From positions 32,001 through 96,000 of IMG/VR virus record IMGVR_UViG_3300047272_000250: 64,000 bases of DNA; one strand, written 5' to 3'. The stretch is from a virus (taxonomy: Duplodnaviria > Caudoviricetes). The notes beneath the pieces were generated by a model. It did not search any database and was not told the DNA's origin. It worked only from the letters and a program-made list of their open reading frames with translations. Every line of letters starts with the position of its first letter. Positions within the stretch are counted from its first letter, which is position 1. Position numbers and translations under genes: made by a program. Below are positions 49,827 through 57,917 of the stretch, piece after piece.

Positions 49827-50049
49827 TAAATAAAAAAATAAATAGTTGAAATTTCAACTAAAAGCGGGCCACCCCGCTGTCGGGCGTGTCTGTTAAGAAA
49901 CTTGTGGATAACCCCTGAAAAAATGTGATGTGATTCACATTTCAAAATGTCCGATTTGTGGCATTACTGGTCAGTAGATGTCAGACCCCCCTGCTATACT
50001 TCTAGGTATAGAAAGTTGAGAAAGGTTCTCAAACTAGAAAGGAATTCAA

Positions 50050-50610
50050 ATGAATTCAAATGTAATAATCGAAGTATGTAAAACACATACACCTAATAAG
50101 TCTGCTAAGTCATTCCATAATGACACATGCTACACATTCTGCGAAGTTTGTGAAAACAATATCGAATCATGGTACATGGACTATGATTCAGACCGCTTAA
50201 GCGGTTGGTCTTCATGGAAGGTTTCTAACTAATGAATAAATTAAAAAATCAGATAGATGAAAATGAATTCTATCAAATCGTTGATGAAATGTTCTATTGC
50301 TGTGATGAGTCACAGTTTAGACACTATTGCAAAAAGCATACCGAACTAATGGGTTGCTACTATTGCGAATTTGACTATACACAAGAATGTGAGTGTAAAT
50401 AAATGAAAGATTTATTTTGTAAAGGTTGCGATGAATTCGTAATTGAAATGTCCGAAGAGGAATCAGAATTTATTTCCGTCCTCTGCTCTAATTGTTGGGA
50501 GATATAAAATGGAAAAAGATATTTTTGGTTTTGCAGATGCAATTCAATTAGACCATTTAACAAAAGAAGAGTTAGAAGAAATTGCAATCATGTTAGGAAT
50601 TAAAGAATGA
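50050..50610 (+). CDS. Cluster of small, mostly Cys-rich early ORFs (50050-50232, 50232-50402, 50403-50507, 50509-50610)
   Basis: Coupled ORFs with CxxH/CxxC motifs. Confidence 0.65.
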
Positions 50611-50698
50611 ATTTTTATCAAACGTTTTTCGTAAGCGGTAATGCATTGTTTTGGTTTTCAATGATCAATTTATTTATTGGTTTTTATTTATTTGTAAA

Positions 50699-50732
50699 AG
50701 AATAAATATGCAGAGCTTTGCATAAAAATGCG
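50699..50732. promoter_or_regulatory. Tandem ARG-box-like operator (second copy at 53087-53120)
   Basis: AGAATAAATATGCA-N6-TGCATAAAAATGCG; 20-bp period. Confidence 0.6.
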
Positions 50733-50931
50733 GGGCACCACGCATTCGGGCGTGTTGCAATTAAGACACGCCGATAAAACCCCATAAAATTTGTGAGATC
50801 GAACACAGTGTGATGTAGAACACATGTGACCTACACCACAAAGTCCCAAATGTCCGATTTATACCCCTCAAAATGTCAGACCCCTCTGCTAGAATACTAT
50901 GTATAAAGATTAAAAAAGAAAGGTGGTCAAA

Positions 50932-51087
50932 ATGACTACATTAACAGAAACTCTATTCAGCACTATCGTGCATGACTTTCACAATGGGGGAGTAAAATCC
51001 TCTTATGGGCTAGATGCCTACACACGCAAGGAAATCCTTGCTTATCTCTTACGCTCTAAAGGCTGTAATTGTATAAAATGTCTGTGA
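50932..51087 (+). CDS. Early hypothetical protein (51 aa)
   Basis: AGAAAGGT RBS; MTTLTETLF...GCNCIKCL. Confidence 0.7.
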   Translation: MTTLTETLFSTIVHDFHNGGVKSSYGLDAYTRKEILAYLLRSKGCNCIKCL

Positions 51088-51180
51088 TGTAAATCACCCC
51101 GACACTTTGGGGAAAATCCCCCAAAATGTCAGACCCCCATGCTAGAATTGCTACCATAAACAAAAAGAAAGAAGGACAAA

Positions 51181-51384
51181 ATGTCAGCAAATGTTTATTC
51201 AGTTGAAAGCCTCTTAGTAGGTCAGGAATACTTTTCTAAGAGTGTTCGTGGAAAAATCGTAAGTGCAGAAAAGCACCCCCATGCAGTATGGTATGAAGGT
51301 TGCGAAAGTTACCTTGTTGAAATCCGCCCGCAGTATGGAATTAAAAATACATACCGCACAATTGCCGTTAAGACTTCTAACTAA
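51181..51384 (+). CDS. Early hypothetical protein (small beta-barrel-like)
   Basis: GAAGGA RBS after an early promoter. Confidence 0.75.
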   Translation: MSANVYSVESLLVGQEYFSKSVRGKIVSAEKHPHAVWYEGCESYLVEIRPQYGIKNTYRTIAVKTSN

Positions 51385-51397
51385 GAAAAGAGAAAAA

Positions 51398-51709
51398 ATG
51401 ATAAACGCAACAATTACAACTTACTCAGGCGATAAGAAAGTTATCCCTTTTCAAAATCGTGAAGCCGTTCAGAAATTCATTCAAGAATTACCTAAGCGAC
51501 TTTCTAAAAACACTTCCGTATTCTTTGAGTGCGATATCTTTTCAATTTCAGGAACAATCAGAGGAGAAAAATAAATGGGACAATTAAAAGAAATTATTGC
51601 CGTTGCTTGTGATGAGTGCGGTGGTGCAGGATTTTTATTTTGGGGCGATGAAAATAACTATGATGTAGAAACTTGTAATTGCGAATTTGATGAAACGGAG
51701 TTAATTTAA
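51398..51709 (+). CDS. Two small early ORFs (51398-51574; 51575-51709 Zn-finger CDECGGAG...CNC)
   Basis: Coupled ORFs; the track start at 51263 is probably too early. Confidence 0.6.
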
Positions 51710-52126
51710 TGTTGATGACTAATGGAGATTTACTAGCAATTATTATTGCGCTACTAGGTTTAACTGTTGCACTTGCTTATCAGTTTATTTTTATCCGCCG
51801 ACTAACGGAAGAAAATGAAATGCTATGGGAAAAACTAACTGATTTAATTAAAGAAAAAAATAAATAAATGGAAATTTTATTTTTAATCGGGATGATCGTC
51901 GGCGCTGCATTTTTTATTCTTGCAGCTGTCGGTGATATCTTTTTTTAGTTGAACTTTCAACTAATTTAGACACGCCCGAGCGAGGCAGGCCGCCTGTGGA
52001 TAACTCTGTGGATTAAGTACGATGTGATTTTTCTCACAAAATTATTTACGACTTACCGACGGGTAGCCTAAAAAATGTCAGTAAAGTCTGATAGACTTGT
52101 ATTATTCACAACACGAAAGGGAAACT

Positions 52127-52237
52127 ATGAACCTCGATGAATTCAAGGCACACGTTATCGCACAACGTGAAGCAAGCAAGGCAGAAGCCTTGTCAGTCCT
52201 ATCCACTACAATTAAAGAAAAGAAAGAAGGTAAATAA
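52127..52237 (+). CDS. 36-aa early peptide containing an embedded promoter
   Basis: GAAAGGG RBS; MNLDEFKAHVIAQREASKAEALSVLSTTI. Confidence 0.65.
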   Translation: MNLDEFKAHVIAQREASKAEALSVLSTTIKEKKEGK

Positions 52238-52239
52238 TA

Positions 52240-52455
52240 ATGGACTATCTCTACTCAGTTACTTGCACTTATGACGGAGACCGCTCACCACATTGGGTTG
52301 GTCGCTATGACAACGCTATCGACGCAGTTAATTCTTGGAATAAGTTTGTTGATTGGGGTATGGCTAACGAATACTCTACAATAAATTTCTCAGAGCCTAA
52401 TGGCAAAATGCACACAAAGATTTTTTATCGTAATGGAAATGTAGGTGGTAAGTAA
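52240..52455 (+). CDS. Early hypothetical protein
   Basis: RBS and promoter upstream. Confidence 0.75.
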   Translation: MDYLYSVTCTYDGDRSPHWVGRYDNAIDAVNSWNKFVDWGMANEYSTINFSEPNGKMHTKIFYRNGNVGGK

Positions 52456-52661
52456 TGGTAGAACTAAAGCACTCGCTTAATTTTGTAAGCGAAATAGATG
52501 AAACCTCTCGACTAGGTAAAATGCTAATTAGCCTGCCTGCGGATAAGCAAAAGGCTATGCTCGAAGATGCGTTAAAGGATGCAATTCTTCCTACGCTACT
52601 TCCTGAACTTGAAAGAATTAACGAAGGTGCCTCATGGGCAATACTAAAGGTGGTTAAATAA
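52455..52661 (+). CDS. Early hypothetical protein
   Basis: TAATG coupling. Confidence 0.7.
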   Translation: MVELKHSLNFVSEIDETSRLGKMLISLPADKQKAMLEDALKDAILPTLLPELERINEGASWAILKVVK

Positions 52662-52936
52662 TGGGAAGCAATATGGCATATGACCTAGCAAGCGATGAAC
52701 TAGGATTAGATTTGGAAGTGGCTATTGCTATGCACTTGCAGTCTAATCACTACCCGCCCGTTCCTACTTCGATGGTAGAACCTTGCATCGAAGCAATTGA
52801 CGCATACTATGAAGAGGACTACAACAGAGCAATTCCTATGCCTGAAGGCGTATTCTATAAGGGAATGAAAACTGCACCAGCCTCAGCAATAATCGAGCAA
52901 CACCACTTATCAGCGTGGCTACCAGAGGAGTATTAA
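52661..52936 (+). CDS. Early hypothetical protein
   Basis: TAATG coupling; HLQSNHYPPVP motif. Confidence 0.75.
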   Translation: MGSNMAYDLASDELGLDLEVAIAMHLQSNHYPPVPTSMVEPCIEAIDAYYEEDYNRAIPMPEGVFYKGMKTAPASAIIEQHHLSAWLPEEY

Positions 52937-52937
52937 A

Positions 52938-53093
52938 ATGGAAAACGAAAAAGTAAAACGTGTGCAGGAGTTGCGTCGCAGTAATGCTGCGACTGCAATT
53001 CCGTCTAAGAAAAAATATAAAAGAAAAACTAAAAATAAAAAAGAAAAAATATTGCAATACTACAGCGATCTAGTATCACCATTCTTTAAATAA
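52938..53093 (+). CDS. Basic 51-aa peptide
   Basis: GAGGAG RBS; ELRRSNAATAIPSKKKYKRKTK. Confidence 0.65.
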   Translation: MENEKVKRVQELRRSNAATAIPSKKKYKRKTKNKKEKILQYYSDLVSPFFK

Positions 53094-53251
53094 ATATGCA
53101 AAGCTCTGCATAAATATGCGGGGCACCCCGCAGTCGGGCGTGTCTCTATTAAGGACACTGTGATTTTTCTCACAAAATTTAGGGCGGATCTGATTTGGAA
53201 ATGTCAGTCTAATTTGATAGTATTAATATACCCGTTAAGAAAGGTCAACTC

Positions 53252-53974
53252 ATGACAAAATTAAAACGCTCTAATGATAGAAAGGTGGCTAACCTTGTCA
53301 CAAAAAACGGAAAGCAAGCAGCAATCGCTAACACATTCGGCCTACCTGCTGGAAAGAATTTCTCGTGCCCTGGTGCCACTAGTATTTGTGAAAGCGTATG
53401 CTACGCAGGCAAGCTTGAAAAGTTATTCAAGGGAGTAAAAACTAATCTCCTGCACAATTGGGACCTATTGAAGAATGCGGACCTGCAGGAAATGTATACT
53501 CTTCTCTCAGAAATGGTTGCAGAATTTAAAGCTGAATGCGTTAAGAAAGACGCACCTATGCTATTCCGTATCCACTGGGACGGAGATTTCTTTAATGAAG
53601 ACTACACACGTGCATGGCGCCTAGTAATTGAAGAACAGCCAGACATTCAATTTTGGGTTTACACTCGTGTAAAGTCTGCAGCACTCATCCTTAAGGATAT
53701 CGAAAACTTATCTCTATATTATTCAACCGATGATGAGAATCTTCCAATTGCGACGGACCTAAAGCAAAACAGTGGTGTACGTCTTGCATACCTAGGTAAG
53801 ACTTTCGCATTAACAGAAACTAAGATGAAAGAAATTACAGGAAAAGTTGGTGCACGGTGCCCTGAAAATAATAAATCAATTCCATTAATTTCTAGCAATG
53901 GGTCCGCATGCGTTTCTTGTGGTCTCTGCGTATACGGTAAGGCTGACATTAGATTTTCTGCAACGAAAAAATAA
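53252..53974 (+). CDS. Gp88-like (GP88 family) Cys-cluster protein
   Basis: FGLPAG...CPGA...C...CYA, FRIHWDGDF, FWVYTR and CP...CVSCGLC motifs. Confidence 0.78.
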   Translation: MTKLKRSNDRKVANLVTKNGKQAAIANTFGLPAGKNFSCPGATSICESVCYAGKLEKLFKGVKTNLLHNWDLLKNADLQEMYTLLSEMVAEFKAECVKKDAPMLFRIHWDGDFFNEDYTRAWRLVIEEQPDIQFWVYTRVKSAALILKDIENLSLYYSTDDENLPIATDLKQNSGVRLAYLGKTFALTETKMKEITGKVGARCPENNKSIPLISSNGSACVSCGLCVYGKADIRFSATKK

Positions 53975-54257
53975 AATGATATATCTGATCATACTTACTA
54001 CGGTGGGAGTACTTGCCACTCCCGCCGTAGTTATCTCTTTACTTTATAATTCTGTAAATAAAAATTATAAAAAAGATTTTTAAAAGATGCGGCCCAGCTC
54101 GCTACTGGTGAGTATGTCAAATTACGGGCGTGTGATTTTTCTCACACGATTTTACGGGGACAATTCGGACATTTTAACCATAATTAGGTATGTTCGATTA
54201 GTAATTGTCAGTCAGGTCGTGTAGAATTATATTATCAAACAAACGAAAGGAAGCACA

Positions 54258-54407
54258 ATGACAACAACTCCAAAAATCGGGGAAACCTTCACAACTGCTA
54301 AGTCTGGTGTATCAGGCAAGGTTGAGGAAGTAGTCAAGAACGCAAATGGCTCTTTGCGTGTTCGCCTCAATGTTGAGGGAACAGAACGCTGGACAACAAT
54401 CAAGTAA
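54258..54407 (+). CDS. 49-aa early protein (paralog of 54968..55150)
   Basis: GAAAGGA RBS; GETFTTAKSGVSG...RW. Confidence 0.75.
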   Translation: MTTTPKIGETFTTAKSGVSGKVEEVVKNANGSLRVRLNVEGTERWTTIK

Positions 54408-54488
54408 GAAGGTTGGGGCTACTGGTAAATGTCAGTAGCCCCTGCTACACTTAAATATAACAACCCAAATAGAAAAGGAATAAATGCT

Positions 54489-54890
54489 ATGGCAAGAGCA
54501 ATCTCAGTAAAGGTGGCAACACCAAAGGTAATCAAGGCTTTGGAAGCAAAGTTGGCAGATAGCAAGAGCGCAATCACCAACAATGAAAAGAAGCGTAAGG
54601 AATACGAGAAAACAGAAAAGGCTTGGGCTAAGGAAGTTGCAGACCTAGTATTCAAGCACATCTCAAAGGCAGAAGTTTCTGCACATGAGAACTATCGTAA
54701 TGAACTCAATGTAAATCTCACACTTCCAGCAGGAACAATCAAGTTGCCTGAGAAGCCTTCTATCGAACTTGAAAATGAACTTGGTCGCTATGAAGTTCAG
54801 GAAATCGAGAACGCAATTCGTATTCTCAAAATGACAGATGAGGACACAGTTAATGCCTCAACTTTCAAGTCAATCGCACAATATCTATAA
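54489..54890 (+). CDS. Early coiled-coil protein
   Basis: True start is MARAISVK at 54489 (AAAGGA RBS); the track start lies inside the promoter. Confidence 0.78.
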   Translation: MARAISVKVATPKVIKALEAKLADSKSAITNNEKKRKEYEKTEKAWAKEVADLVFKHISKAEVSAHENYRNELNVNLTLPAGTIKLPEKPSIELENELGRYEVQEIENAIRILKMTDEDTVNASTFKSIAQYL

Positions 54891-54905
54891 TTCCCAATAG
54901 GGAAC

Positions 54906-54934
54906 TCAACCTGAGCAAGTTGGAAAACTGCTCA
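54906..54934 (+). ncRNA. H-type RNA pseudoknot (intergenic)
   Basis: S1 UCAAC/GUUGG, S2 UGAGCA/UGCUCA, L3 AAAAC. Confidence 0.55.
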
Positions 54935-54967
54935 ACCAACCCACATAAAGAAAAGGAAAATAAATAA

Positions 54968-55150
54968 ATGGCACCAATTACAAATACAACAACAGGTCGT
55001 TTCTATAAGAAGGGCGACACTTTCACAACAGGTAAGTCAGGAATTACTGGCGCAATCACAGAAATTATTTCTGTCCGTCCTAATCTAACTAAGTTAGGTT
55101 TGCAAACAGAAAATGGTTTGCGTTGGGCTATGGTAAAAATCGGCGCATAA
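54968..55150 (+). CDS. 60-aa early protein
   Basis: GDTFTTGKSGITG...RW. Confidence 0.75.
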   Translation: MAPITNTTTGRFYKKGDTFTTGKSGITGAITEIISVRPNLTKLGLQTENGLRWAMVKIGA

Positions 55151-55153
55151 CTT

Positions 55154-55242
55154 TCATCGGGGGATGAATAACTACACGCAACACTAAGTGTAGTTGGGAG
55201 TCTAGGTTACCTTTCTTTCCTAGGCTCCCGCAAACCCGATGA
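55154..55242 (+). ncRNA. Three-way-junction RNA with anti-SD loop
   Basis: Outer stem UCAUCGGG/CCCGAUGA; 8-bp and 11-bp hairpins; loop UUACCUUUCUUU. Confidence 0.6.
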
Positions 55243-55398
55243 TCGTAGCTTATCCACAAAGTTATCCACAGGCGCCCTGGGTCGCAAATTCGGACATTTA
55301 CGACATTAAGGAAAAATGCCTGAGATTGCCAGAATAATTAGACAGATGTCACCCCAGTCTGCTAGACTTAATATATCAACCTAACGAAAGAAGGAATC

Positions 55399-56412
55399 AT
55401 GGCTCACAACCTAGAAGAACAAAATGGTCAAGTTGCTTTTGCATTACGTGGAAAGCCTGCTTGGCACAATCTCGCTAACAAAATTTTCGGCGACGAAGAA
55501 ATTGTTACAACACAGTCAATGCTTTCAGAAGCAAAACTTTCTAATTGGAATGTCCGCTTAGAAGCAATGGCAGACCACACGCCTGAATCTTATCGTGATT
55601 CATCTGGCGCTCAATTAGTTCTTCGCACAAATCCATTTGACAATGGCACTGACGTGCTTTCTGTTGTCGGTTCTCGATACAAGGTAGTGCAGAATGAAGA
55701 ATTGTTTGCGTTTGCAGATAACATTCTTGACGGCGACGAATCTTGCAAGTGGGAATCTGCGGGTTCTCTAAAGAAGGGCAAAGTTGTATTCGGCTCTCTT
55801 ACAGTTCCCCGCACAATGGTTCTTGACCCACAAGGTGCTAACGATGAGACAAAACTCTATCTAATCGTTTGGACATCACACGATGGTTCTGTTGCTGTTC
55901 AGGCTGCGATTACACCTGTTCGTGTAGTTTGCCAAAACACCCTTAACCTTGCAATGCGTAATGCAAAGCAATCTTTCAAGATTCGCCACACACAGACAGC
56001 AGAAGGCAAAATTGTTGCTGCTCGTGAGGCTCTTGGTTTGACTTTCGCTTATGCTGATGAGTTTGAGAAGGAAATGCAAGCCCTTTTCAATGCGAAGATT
56101 ACTGACAAGAAGTTTTCGCAAATCATCAACACACTTTACCCAAAGCCTGAGAAGGATTCTAAGGGTTCTCTAAAGAAGTGGGAGAACAAGGTTGTTCTCA
56201 TTGACGAGTTGTATCACAACTCACCAACTAACGCTAACATCAAGGGCACAGCGTGGGGTGCGCTTAACGCTATGACTGAGCGCCTTGATTACTATCGCAC
56301 AGCCCGCACAGGTAATGGCGAATCTCTTATGTCTTCTGCTTCTGGTTTTGACCCAGTAATTACAGCAGAAAAAAATAAGTTAGCAAAACAAATCTTGGCT
56401 CTGGCTAAGTAA
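55399..56412 (+). CDS. DUF932 / TIGR03299 family phage-plasmid protein
   Basis: PAWH.L, VG.RY.VVQN, ESAGSL..G, SHDGS, TPVRVVCQNTL, IRHT and GTAWGALNA motifs. Confidence 0.9.
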   Translation: MAHNLEEQNGQVAFALRGKPAWHNLANKIFGDEEIVTTQSMLSEAKLSNWNVRLEAMADHTPESYRDSSGAQLVLRTNPFDNGTDVLSVVGSRYKVVQNEELFAFADNILDGDESCKWESAGSLKKGKVVFGSLTVPRTMVLDPQGANDETKLYLIVWTSHDGSVAVQAAITPVRVVCQNTLNLAMRNAKQSFKIRHTQTAEGKIVAAREALGLTFAYADEFEKEMQALFNAKITDKKFSQIINTLYPKPEKDSKGSLKKWENKVVLIDELYHNSPTNANIKGTAWGALNAMTERLDYYRTARTGNGESLMSSASGFDPVITAEKNKLAKQILALAK

Positions 56413-56419
56413 TAGGAGA

Positions 56420-56447
56420 GGGGGGCGAAAGCCCCCCTTTTTTATTT
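56420..56447 (+). terminator. Rho-independent terminator
   Basis: GGGGGGC-GAAA-GCCCCCC-TTTTTT. Confidence 0.9.
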
Positions 56448-56574
56448 GATCATTTTTTGATTTGACAAATCCAGCTTGATCGGGATGGGTCGCTGTGATT
56501 TTTCTCACATTAAGTACGATAAGAAAAATCCCCCAGGATTTGTGGATGTCAGTCGTTTTTGCTATAGTTAATGT

Positions 56575-56790
56575 ATGACAGAAGAAAACCATTGGCAGTT
56601 TAAAGTAGCATGTGCTCCACAGGATTTTGATTTATTCTTTAGCAACGCAAAAGGTAAGCGGGCTCAGGCATTAGCCATATGTGGTAAATGCCCAGTCTCA
56701 AATGAATGTTTAAACCATGCGATAGAGAATAATGTAGAGCACGGGATATTCGGAGGAAAGACACCTGAACAGAGAAGGAAGATGAAATGA
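56575..56790 (+). CDS. whiB: WhiB-family Fe-S transcription factor
   Basis: C...D.FF...ICxxCPV..ECL..A...HGIFGG.T..QR; leaderless from the promoter at 56547. Confidence 0.93.
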   Translation: MTEENHWQFKVACAPQDFDLFFSNAKGKRAQALAICGKCPVSNECLNHAIENNVEHGIFGGKTPEQRRKMK

Positions 56791-57107
56791 ATACCATTAA
56801 TGAATTAATTAATGAAATCTATGAAGACAATTACTCACATCTAGAGTTTGAAGAGAATATGGGTGGGCTAGATTGTGATTGTAATATCCATATGGTGCTG
56901 AATACTATTGCTACATACGCAGGAATCGAGGTTGGATAATGCTAGGTTATACTAAAGAGGATTTAGATCAAATGGCTAACTCTATTCATGACGCCAAGTT
57001 GTTCTATATACTAAATTCAGATGTCATTAAGGTTGATGAGGACCCTATTGTTGATGGCTTACTGAAAGCCCACGACTTTTTACAGGGACTATGGGCGGAG
57101 GGATATT

Positions 57108-57341
57108 TTGACTAAATCATCTCATTTCATAGAATATATGAAGTTACATGAGATTAGTCTATTACAAGATGCTGAAAAGCTTCAAGACCTTATGAGTAAT
57201 TATGAATATAACTACGATTCAGATGAATATAGAGAGTTAGAGATTGCTGATTATCATAATACTGGAGAACTAATTGCAACCCGCCACCTTTTGTCAGTGG
57301 CAACTGATATAATGAATTCCTCTAACGAAAGGTATGAATAA
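57108..57341 (+). CDS. Early hypothetical protein
   Basis: GGAGG RBS with TTG start; embedded promoter at the 3' end. Confidence 0.65.
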   Translation: MTKSSHFIEYMKLHEISLLQDAEKLQDLMSNYEYNYDSDEYRELEIADYHNTGELIATRHLLSVATDIMNSSNERYE

Positions 57342-57604
57342 TGGAAACTACTACTCTCCCGCCTCATCTGCAGCGAATGGTCAATGCAGGTGTCTCAGGA
57401 CTAGACATCATGCATGGAGAACTAAAGAATCTAATGCTCATTGCTGAGCGGGACCTAGATATGGCTATCAAGGCTGAGGAAGAATCAGAAGAGGCTATGG
57501 ATTCTATGGAACGCACACGTTGTGAGGGGGTTGTAGATACTCTCGTAGACCTGTACAATTTAACTTACCAACTATCATTTGCTATAGGAGATAAGAATGC
57601 TTGA
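57341..57604 (+). CDS. Early hypothetical protein
   Basis: GAAAGG RBS; coupled. Confidence 0.72.
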   Translation: METTTLPPHLQRMVNAGVSGLDIMHGELKNLMLIAERDLDMAIKAEEESEEAMDSMERTRCEGVVDTLVDLYNLTYQLSFAIGDKNA

Positions 57605-57917
57605 AGCAGAACGTCAGTCTCGTGTCCATAATACTCTTAAGGATATGTATAAACAACTAACCGAACTAGAGGTCTTCCCTTCTTTAGTTTGGACTTGGAC
57701 CTATGACATTATCAGGTCCTTTGAAAACGACTCTGATTACAAATTCTTGATGACAGAAGAACAGTGGTTTGATTTACTCTGGAACAACGTTGATAAAGCA
57801 AACTTCTCATTAACTTACGGGGACGAGCAAATATATGAAGACATTCGTGATTGGTTGCTTGATAATGATGTTATGGTGGATGTGTTGGCAGGTGAAGAAG
57901 ATTCGGGAGATGAATAA
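57597..57917 (+). CDS. Acidic early hypothetical protein
   Basis: AGGAG RBS. Confidence 0.72.
   Translation: MLEAERQSRVHNTLKDMYKQLTELEVFPSLVWTWTYDIIRSFENDSDYKFLMTEEQWFDLLWNNVDKANFSLTYGDEQIYEDIRDWLLDNDVMVDVLAGEEDSGDE

Larger units (their letters stand above)
49903..55270. repeat. DnaA boxes in early intergenic spacers
   Basis: TGTGGATAA at 49903 and 51995 (plus TGTGGATTA at 52007); TTATCCACA at 55250 and 55262. Confidence 0.75.
48647..56509. repeat. 11 CRP/GlxR-type palindromes TGTGA-N6-TCACA
   Basis: At 48647, 48974, 49924, 50792, 50809, 50825, 51083, 52023, 53159, 54131 and 56494; four are identical TGTGATTTTTCTCACA. Confidence 0.8.

Noticed and set aside
55154-55242. Hammerhead ribozyme
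   Set aside because: Three-way junction present, but the CUGANGA and GAAA core is not in the junction strands.
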